Source: an uncultured candidate division Zixibacteria bacterium (GTDB lineage: Bacteria; Zixibacteria; MSB-5A5; RBG-16-43-9). From it: DNA of 64,000 bases. Positions 7,940-15,833 of the stretch are shown here, in pieces. The stretch is taken from the NCBI GenBank assembly GCA_963713865.1, contig OY970208.1:960001-1024000 (forward strand), read 5' to 3'. Within the stretch, counting starts at the first letter, position 1; each line of letters opens with the position of its first letter. The position numbers and the translations under genes were made by a program. The notes under the pieces are model-generated. The model had not been told where the DNA came from. It did not search any database and saw nothing but the letters and a program-made list of their open reading frames with translations.

Positions 7940-10309
7940 CTAAAGGGGGATATTATAAAACTTTATCTTCCGGCATAAAGTTGCCTCAGAGATTCCTAAA
8001 AACTCAGATGCTAATTTCCGATTACCGTTATATTTTTTCAGAGTGTCTATAATCTCTTTCTTCTCCAGCTCCTGTATTTTACTATTTAATGTTAGTGATT
8101 GGTTGTCTGGTTCATTGTGATATTTATTTGAAGTTTCTAAAAACTTCTTTTCAGGGAAAAGCACAATACTTTTTACTTCATTCTCTAACTCCCTTATATT
8201 CCCGGGCCAATCATATTCCTGGAGCTTTTCTATTAGTTTCGGATATCCTAAAAGCTTCAGGTTATCCTCAGCTATTCCAGTTTCCTTCAGAAAATACACT
8301 ATCAACAACGGTATATCCTCTTTCCTCTCCCTCAAAGGCTGGAGTTTTAAGTTGAACGTATTAAGCCGAAAATAGAGGTCTTTTCTGAAGAATTCTTTTG
8401 AGACTCTCTCCATAAGATTACGGGAAGTGGAAACGATAATCCTTACATCTATCTTTTTAGGCTTGGTCTCACCTATCCGGGTAATCTCTTTATCCTCAAT
8501 TGCCCTTAGTAATTTTACCTGAGTGGATAAAGGTATCTCTGCTACCTCATCTATATACAAAGTCCCGCCAGCCGCCTCCTCAAATAACCCTACACTGCTC
8601 TCGTCAGCACCGGTATAAGCTCCTTTAATATGTCCGAAGAGTGCATTCTCTAACAAGGTCTCTGGAACCGTAGAACATTGAGCTACTACAAACTTCTTAT
8701 CTTTTCTTTTACTCTCATAATGAATACATTTCGCTAACAAATCTTTTCCTGTGCCAGTCTCTCCCTCTATTAGAATGGTCATATCTGTATCTTTTATCCT
8801 CTTTGCTTCTTCTAGTATATCCAGCATCTTTCTATTCCGGGTGATGATATTAGAAAAGGTATATTTCTTTTGTGAATCAGGTACCCCAAGCTCCCCGCTA
8901 AACTTTGTTAGCTTATTTCTAAACTCCCTAACCAGACTCAAATCTCTTTCCTCTTTTAATTCAAAAAATACCTTTTCCGCATCTTTTAGATAAAGACCCG
9001 CACTCACATATTCCTGCTTCTCGAAAAATAGATTAAATTGGGCTAATTTGATTAATCCAAGATGGTATTTCGATTCTAAATTTTTGAAGATGTCCTCAGC
9101 CAGTCCCAAATACATTATCCGCTCATAATAATCATAACAGTCAGATCTTCCTGCTTCTAAATAGGTTTTGGCTAATTCATATTTAGCGTTTATCTCTTGA
9201 AAGATATTCAGACTCCTGTTGAAATACTCCTGAGCTTTTTCCTTATCACCTCTAAATGTATAAATCTGCCCAAGAATACGATAACAGGCAGACTCCTCAA
9301 CTCTTTCTCCTAAAGATTTACTAACCCTTAGAGCTTTTTGACAAGAGCTAAATGCCTGGTCGTATTCTTTCTTAGTTACCTGCAAATCTGCCAGGAGACG
9401 ATAAGTCTGGCTTATCATATCCCCTTCTGGGGCTCTTTCATCCATTATCTCAAAGACTTTTTTATAATGATTTTCTGCAGATTGATGGTCTCCCTGAATA
9501 AAAGCTAATTCACCAGAGTACTCATGATAAATTGATAGCTCACGCACACAGTTGTTCTTCTGAATCAGAGATAAAGATTCTTCATAGAATTTTTTTGCTT
9601 TTGAAAACTCTCTTTTCAGAAAATATACGTAACCCAAGGAGAGCAAACCCCTGCTTAGATTGAGTTCATCTTTTGCCTGTCGATTCAATCCTATGTTTAA
9701 AAGTAAACTCCTCTCTGCCTTTTTCCAGTTACCTATCTTTAAAAACATCTGACCTAAATTACCATATAAAAAAGCTTTTTTTTCTGGCTGTCCTGCTTTA
9801 TCAACAAAACTAAGAGCATCTTGAAGATATTCTATAGATTTAGAATAACTTCCCTTAATGTATTCAACATTAGAAAGCCGACTAAGACAATTAATGACCC
9901 CTTTTAAATCATTAATTCTTCTATAACCAGTTGAGGCGTCCCTTATCTCTGTCTCTGCAGATTTAAGATTGCCAAGAGCTATATAAATTAAGCCCAGGAG
10001 GAACTGAGCCTGGGATATTTTTAAATCATTATGTAGTTCAATGAATATGGAAATAGCTCTTTTACCTGTTTCCAATGCCTCCTCATAACTCCCGAAATGT
10101 CGTAAAACTTTAGCCGCAGAATAATAAAACTGCCCCATCTCTTCTGTAAATGGTTCTTCTGGCAATGCAAAAGAACCTAACTTTCCCGTGCTCTGAACCT
10201 CCCTGATCTGAGCTAAGGCTGTTATATAATCATTATCCTCAATCAGCTTTTCTATTTCCTCAAGCTGATGAGTTAAATCCACCTTTGAGTTCTGGAAATT
10301 ATCTTTCAT
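7940..10309 (-). CDS. TPR-repeat sigma54-dependent transcriptional activator (TPR + AAA+ + Fis HTH)
   Basis: About 470 aa of TPR helices; GETGTGKD Walker A, GAYTGA loop, LYIDEV Walker B, WPGNIRELEN, C-terminal HTH; no receiver domain. Confidence 0.9.
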   Translation of the reverse strand: MKDNFQNSKVDLTHQLEEIEKLIEDNDYITALAQIREVQSTGKLGSFALPEEPFTEEMGQFYYSAAKVLRHFGSYEEALETGKRAISIFIELHNDLKISQAQFLLGLIYIALGNLKSAETEIRDASTGYRRINDLKGVINCLSRLSNVEYIKGSYSKSIEYLQDALSFVDKAGQPEKKAFLYGNLGQMFLKIGNWKKAERSLLLNIGLNRQAKDELNLSRGLLSLGYVYFLKREFSKAKKFYEESLSLIQKNNCVRELSIYHEYSGELAFIQGDHQSAENHYKKVFEIMDERAPEGDMISQTYRLLADLQVTKKEYDQAFSSCQKALRVSKSLGERVEESACYRILGQIYTFRGDKEKAQEYFNRSLNIFQEINAKYELAKTYLEAGRSDCYDYYERIMYLGLAEDIFKNLESKYHLGLIKLAQFNLFFEKQEYVSAGLYLKDAEKVFFELKEERDLSLVREFRNKLTKFSGELGVPDSQKKYTFSNIITRNRKMLDILEEAKRIKDTDMTILIEGETGTGKDLLAKCIHYESKRKDKKFVVAQCSTVPETLLENALFGHIKGAYTGADESSVGLFEEAAGGTLYIDEVAEIPLSTQVKLLRAIEDKEITRIGETKPKKIDVRIIVSTSRNLMERVSKEFFRKDLYFRLNTFNLKLQPLRERKEDIPLLIVYFLKETGIAEDNLKLLGYPKLIEKLQEYDWPGNIRELENEVKSIVLFPEKKFLETSNKYHNEPDNQSLTLNSKIQELEKKEIIDTLKKYNGNRKLASEFLGISEATLCRKIKFYNIPL

Positions 10310-10607
10310 CTTGTTTTTTAACTAAGTTAGTAGAATTTTTCACTGGTTCTTCTGTTTTAAGTTGCGCCTGATTTGATGATTTATCAATAATTATCAGTGC
10401 TGGAAGATTTTGAGTATTTGTAATAAGGAGGAATTTTATTATTGAAGGAGAATTATCAATAGTTTGCGGAGTAACAGGTACTTTCTCACAATCTTGCCAT
10501 GGATCTCCATAAAGTTTAGCTCTTCTTGCATCCACTGCCCAGGTAGAGGTGATAAAAAACAAAAGAAGCAACCCCAACAAAAGCCCTAAAATAAGTCTCT
10601 TTTTCAT
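10299..10607 (-). CDS. Small secreted protein (102 aa) overlapping the activator start
   Basis: MKKR + hydrophobic core + TWA cleavage-like site; AGGAG RBS; 11-bp overlap with next gene. Confidence 0.75.
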   Translation of the reverse strand: MKKRLILGLLLGLLLLFFITSTWAVDARRAKLYGDPWQDCEKVPVTPQTIDNSPSIIKFLLITNTQNLPALIIIDKSSNQAQLKTEEPVKNSTNLVKKQDER

Positions 10608-10660
10608 TGTTTTCTCCTTTCAGGTAAGTAATTAAACAAATCTAAGGTTATTACGGACTT

Positions 10661-10688
10661 AAAATAAGATATAAAAAGGATTTGTCAA
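10661..10688 (-). promoter_or_regulatory. Putative sigma70-type promoter for the small protein/activator pair
   Basis: Minus strand TTGACA-N16-TATTTT. Confidence 0.4.
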
Positions 10689-10796
10689 GGGGAAAATTAA
10701 AATTTTATGATATTTATGGTTAAAATTGAATAAAGGGTGTTAGAATGGTCAGGATATTATACTTTTAGATATTAGACCTGATAGTAAATATATTTT

Positions 10797-12203
10797 TTAT
10801 TCAGATTCTTCCCTTATCCTTATGTTATATTTTCTCATCAGGGCTTGAAAGTTAGTTCTCTGCATACTGACCTCTTTAGCTGAGCGGGTGACGTTCCAGT
10901 CATTCCGGTTCAAGGCTTCAAGGATGAACATCTTCTCAATATTCTCCACTGCGCTTTCCCGGAGATACTTTTTCATCGTTTTCAGCTCTTCGGAGTTTTT
11001 CGGGATTTGGGTATCCATTCCTGCACCCTGTCCCAAAATAGTAGCTGGAAGGTACTCTGAGATAATGGTTTTACTTTCAGCCATTACTACTGCTCTTTCT
11101 ATCACATTTTCCAATTGTCTGACATTTCCGGGCCATTCATAATTTATGAGCTTGTTCATAGCCTCTACGGAGATACTCTTGATCTCCTTATTCATTTCCT
11201 GATTGAACTTCTTGAGAAAATGATAAGCCAAAATCGGGATATCATCTTTTCTTACCCTTAAAGGGGGTATAGTAATTGAAACCACATTCAACCTGTAATA
11301 AAGGTCTTCTCTGAACTTCTTTTCATTGACCAAGTTCTCCAGATTCTTATTAGTAGCCACGATAAACCGTAAATCTACCTTTTTGGGCTGAATCCCTCCT
11401 ACTGGCAGAAACTCCTGTTCCTGGATAACTCTTAAGAGCTTCCCCTGGATAATCGGATTAATATCCCCGATCTCATCCAAAAATACCGAGCCCCCGTCTG
11501 CTACTTCAAAAAGACCCGGTTTAGTAACTACCGCCCCGGTGAACGAGCCTTTGATATGACCGAAAAGCTCGCTTTCTAAAAGGTCCTGGGATAACACCCC
11601 ACAATCTACCGTGAAAAAGGGTTTGTTTTTTCTTTGACTGTTAAAATGAATAGCCCTGGCAATTAACTCTTTGCCGGTTCCACTCTCACCGCAGATCAAT
11701 ACGGTGCTATCAGTCGGGGCAACCTTGCGAATGAATTTGAAAACCTCCTGTATTTTAGGGCTATTACCTACGATATTTTCAAAGGAATATTTAGCCTCTA
11801 ATTCTTTATGCAGGTAGATATTTTCAAAAATCAGTTTTTTTTTCTCCAGAGCTTTCTCCACCACCACGATCAGTTCTTCCGGGGTGAAAGGTTTCGGGAT
11901 ATAGTCTAAGGCACCCATCTTCATTGCCTGGACCGCAGTCTGGACAGTGGAATATCCGGTGATTATAATTACGATTATCTCCGGGTCCTTCTCCTTTATC
12001 TTGGTTAAAAGCTCCATCCCATCCATACCTGGCATCTTCAGATCAGTAATCACTATATCGAAAGATTCCTGATTGAGCTTTTCTAAAGCCTCTTCTCCGG
12101 AAAGAGCGATTCCTACCTCATAACCCTCAGGTGAAAGTATTCTCTGGACGCTTTTACAGATCACTACCTCATCATCCACTACCAGGATATTACCTTTTGC
12201 CAT
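10797..12203 (-). CDS. NtrC/AtoC-family sigma54 response regulator
   Basis: Receiver domain (VVDD, TDLKMP, KPF), [27 protein letters not shown]. Confidence 0.92.
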   Translation of the reverse strand: MAKGNILVVDDEVVICKSVQRILSPEGYEVGIALSGEEALEKLNQESFDIVITDLKMPGMDGMELLTKIKEKDPEIIVIIITGYSTVQTAVQAMKMGALDYIPKPFTPEELIVVVEKALEKKKLIFENIYLHKELEAKYSFENIVGNSPKIQEVFKFIRKVAPTDSTVLICGESGTGKELIARAIHFNSQRKNKPFFTVDCGVLSQDLLESELFGHIKGSFTGAVVTKPGLFEVADGGSVFLDEIGDINPIIQGKLLRVIQEQEFLPVGGIQPKKVDLRFIVATNKNLENLVNEKKFREDLYYRLNVVSITIPPLRVRKDDIPILAYHFLKKFNQEMNKEIKSISVEAMNKLINYEWPGNVRQLENVIERAVVMAESKTIISEYLPATILGQGAGMDTQIPKNSEELKTMKKYLRESAVENIEKMFILEALNRNDWNVTRSAKEVSMQRTNFQALMRKYNIRIREESE

Positions 12204-12235
12204 CTTCTATTTTAATCTCCTTAATTAAGACTTTA

Positions 12236-13795
12236 TTATTCTAAAGGCAATTTAACTGTAAAGGTCGAGCCTTTTCCTAACTGGCTTTTTACTTCTAAGT
12301 ATCCGTTATGTCGTTGAATTATCCCGTAACTTACCGATAGACCTAAACCAGTTCCCCTTCCAGACCTTTTGGTAGTAAAGAAGGGGTCAAAGATCTTGGG
12401 TAAGTTCTCCTCGGAGATTCCTGAACCGGTGTCCGTGAAGCTTATCTTTACAAACTTCTTCTCAGGATCGAAATCTGATCCTATGGTCAGAGTACCACCC
12501 TGAGACATAGCCTCAGCTGCATTTAAGATTATATTCACAAATACCTGTTTTATCTGGTCAACATCCATCATCACTGCAGGCAGATTTTCATTTAGCTTTT
12601 TTTCAACGCTTATATTAAGGAAAAGCGCTTGATTTTCCAGCAGAGAAAGGGTCTCCTCCACCACTTTATTTATATCTGCACGGGTTTTACTTGGCTCAGT
12701 CTGCCGTGCAAATTCTAAAAGACCTTTCACGATTTTCCTGCAGCGGGTGGTTTCGCTAACTATCACCTCTAAATCCTCTTTCATCTGCGGATTCTCTTTA
12801 TGTTCTTTCAAAAGCAGAGAGCTGTAAGTCAAAATACCCGTCAGGGGGTTATTTATCTCATGAGCAATCCCGGCCGCCAACTTACCTAAGGAAGCTAATT
12901 TTTCAGACTGGATTAGTTGCTCCTGGGTTTTCTTGAGCTCCTTTGTCTTTTCCTCCACCCTTTTCTCTAAAACCCGGCTCCATTCTTCTAATTCCTCTTG
13001 AGCTCCGGATAAATCCTTGGTCATCCGGTTGAAAGAGTTTGCCAGCTCACCGATCTCATCTTTAGAATCTATTTTCAAAGTATATTCTAAATCCCCGGAA
13101 GCAATCTTCTTGGTCTCATCCACTAAGGCTCTAACCGGACGGCTAACCGACCGCTTAACAAACATGGCGATAGTTCCAGAAATACCTAAAAATAGCACTA
13201 CTGCAAAAGCTAACATTTTGTTCTGATTTCCCTTTATCTGGTGATCTACGTCTGCTAAGGACATCCCGATATCTAAAACCCCTAAGACCTTTTGAGTAGA
13301 AGGATGAGCATGGCAGTCTGCAGTATAACAATCCTTTTCATTATAGATAGGATTTATCATCCCCAGGACCCGGTGTCCCTCTTTAGATTTATAGATCCGA
13401 TTCCTCTCCGGAGTAGGGAGTTTTTCCAGAGGTTTTTCAGCCGAATGGCAGGCATAACAGGCTTCAGCCTTTTTATCCACCATCGAGCCGATATCCTTTT
13501 TATCCGTGGAGAACATTATCTCTCCCTCTTTATTAAAAATCCTGATCTTCTCAATCCCTTCCTGTTCTCCTATGGTTTCGATGATCTTATGCACTGCCTC
13601 GCTCTCATATTTTAACATATCATAGCGCGTGCTTCTTTTAACCGTTTCGCTTATGCGGTTAGCACTCCGCAGAACCTCACTCGTCAACTGCCCTTTCTGA
13701 GAATTTATGCTCACATAAGCGAATATCCCCAGAGCTATAATTAGAATAGACCCCACAAATAAGATTAGTTTAAACCCTAAGCGATTATACCACAT
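12236..13795 (-). CDS. Membrane sensor histidine kinase with periplasmic heme-c-type motifs and HAMP domain
   Basis: Two TM helices; CYACH and CYTADCH in the sensor domain; AHEINNPL H-box; GTGLGL G2 box; start codon choice uncertain. Confidence 0.88.
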   Translation of the reverse strand: MWYNRLGFKLILFVGSILIIALGIFAYVSINSQKGQLTSEVLRSANRISETVKRSTRYDMLKYESEAVHKIIETIGEQEGIEKIRIFNKEGEIMFSTDKKDIGSMVDKKAEACYACHSAEKPLEKLPTPERNRIYKSKEGHRVLGMINPIYNEKDCYTADCHAHPSTQKVLGVLDIGMSLADVDHQIKGNQNKMLAFAVVLFLGISGTIAMFVKRSVSRPVRALVDETKKIASGDLEYTLKIDSKDEIGELANSFNRMTKDLSGAQEELEEWSRVLEKRVEEKTKELKKTQEQLIQSEKLASLGKLAAGIAHEINNPLTGILTYSSLLLKEHKENPQMKEDLEVIVSETTRCRKIVKGLLEFARQTEPSKTRADINKVVEETLSLLENQALFLNISVEKKLNENLPAVMMDVDQIKQVFVNIILNAAEAMSQGGTLTIGSDFDPEKKFVKISFTDTGSGISEENLPKIFDPFFTTKRSGRGTGLGLSVSYGIIQRHNGYLEVKSQLGKGSTFTVKLPLE

Positions 13796-14304
13796 ACAAA
13801 AAAACTCCACAAGTTAAGCATTAATATAAAATCTCAGGAGTAAAATGTCAAATCTTTAACCTGAAAGATTATACTGGAATAAAAAAGATATATTTGTTTT
13901 GTTTAGGGAGCGCATCCAAAGAGATGCGGCATTGACCTCGTCTTTGGCGGAGCACTCAATAAAGTTTTTAGCTCGATAAATCGAGCAACTTCAGTCCTGT
14001 ACTCTAAATCCACTTACCTATTCCCATCTCCCCTCCACGAATCGCAAAGCTTTTAACGGCTTGTAGGAGAGAGGTCACCCTCTCTGCATCCATATCTACC
14101 AGAGCGAGGAGACCTCGCCGCTGCTATTTTTTTTCATAGATAATTTTTATAGAATAATCCTATGGATGGTTTATTAAAAATAATATAGTAATTGTTTCTG
14201 ATAATACGTTATATTTTACTAAAGTGAGGTTTTTATTGAAAATTGAACGGTGCAGATTTTAGAATGACCGAGAATTATCTGAAATTCAATAGGGAGATAA
14301 TTTT

Positions 14305-15235
14305 ATGAGCCAGGATAAAAAGAAAGTTGACTGGTCAGAAGGGTGCTGGAAAGATATGCTGATAGACCAGCGAAAATATATATGGCTCAACGACACGGTG
14401 GCTAAGTTAGCCCTGTGGCTGGACCTCAAGCCCGGAATGACCGCAGTCGACGTCGGTTGTGGACTGGGTAACCTGGGTTATACTTACTGGCCTTATTTTG
14501 GCGAAGTCGGGCGCTATTTCGGGGTGGATGAGTCGCCGGAGTTAATCCGGGAAGCAACGGAGGCAGCAGAGGAGTGGGCAACTGGCGGTGAGACAAAATT
14601 TGTAACTGGTGACGCTTATAAATTGCCGTTTCCAGAACGACTTCGCGGACTGGGTTATGTGCCAGACCCTTTTGATGCATCTGGAAAAACCTGAACTTGC
14701 CCTGGCTGAGATGGTCCGGGTGGTTAAGCCAGGCGGACTTATTATGTGCAACGAGCCGGATAACCTGTCGACAATGCTGGCAAAACACTACTGGTCTATA
14801 CCAGAGCTGGATATTGAAGAGGAGCTGTTAATTAAGAAAGTCTATTTGATCACCAACAAGGGCCATATCAAACTGGGCCGAGGGGACCAGAACATCGGCT
14901 CCAAGGTTCCGGTGATGATGAAACGACTGGCTCTTACCGAGATTGAAGCCCGGATGAACGACAAGGTTCAATTCCTCCATCCGCCTTACGAAGGTCCACT
15001 CCAGTAGAACCTTCTGCACATGATAAAGAAAAGAGTCTTGGATCAGAGTGAATTCTGGATGTTACGTACCCGTGAAGAGTTTCTGGCGGGAGGTGGAAAT
15101 CCGGATGAATATGAACGTTTTCGAGAAATATCCGATAAGATCAAGCGTGTTTTCAAGCAGCAGCTTGAGGATGGTAAATATACTGCTTGCACGGCTGGTT
15201 TTTTCTACGTGATTAAAGGAAGGAAGCCAAAATAA
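14305..15235 (+). pseudogene. Class I SAM-dependent methyltransferase, interrupted
   Basis: VDVGCGLG motif I; frameshift at 14632-14638 (restores LPFPDDFAD); in-frame TAG at 15005-15007. Confidence 0.75.
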
Positions 15236-15336
15236 TCAGGTTTATGCTGCCAAGAATTAACTTTCGGGAATCTGTTTGAGTATAATTCTAACTTCTTAGG
15301 GTTCAAAATGTAGCAGGATTTTCGAGGAGATTTTTA

Positions 15337-15711
15337 TTAACTCATTTTTATAATTTCCTGAATCGTTTGCTCGATATCTTTTTTACTAAAAGGTTTTTTC
15401 ATGAAAGCTTTAGCTCCAGCATTTAATACCTTCTCAACTTCCTCTGTTCCGACATGTCCGGTGATTGCCACTATCTTTACGTCTCTATCCAGTTCAAGCA
15501 ATTTCCGGGTTAAATCTATTCCATCCATTTCTGGCATAGAGATGTCAGTGAATACAATATCGAATTTCTCTTTTTGGTAAGCTTCCAGTGCTTTTTTGCC
15601 TTCATAGGTGACAGTGACCTTATGGCCATCCACCTCTATCAGTTTTCCCAGAACCTCAGCTACTACCTCTTCGTCATCCACAATTAATATTTTTAAATTT
15701 TTCTGATTCAT
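15337..15711 (-). CDS. Single-domain response regulator (CheY-like)
   Basis: ILIVDD, TDISMP, ITG, KPF. Confidence 0.9.
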   Translation of the reverse strand: MNQKNLKILIVDDEEVVAEVLGKLIEVDGHKVTVTYEGKKALEAYQKEKFDIVFTDISMPEMDGIDLTRKLLELDRDVKIVAITGHVGTEEVEKVLNAGAKAFMKKPFSKKDIEQTIQEIIKMS

Positions 15712-15833
15712 TAGCCCCCACCCGGATCAGATAAAGCGAACTCTATAATTCCTTCTGGATTATCAAGCTTTAGCTTGATTTCTGCTCTATCAGCTCAGAG
15801 AACCAAATGGTAACATCTGGATAAAGTAAAATC

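Noticed and set aside
15005-15007. Pyrrolysine or other stop-codon recoding
   Set aside because: No pyl genes in the window, TAG is used as a normal stop elsewhere (e.g. lepA), and this enzyme class is not a known Pyl protein.
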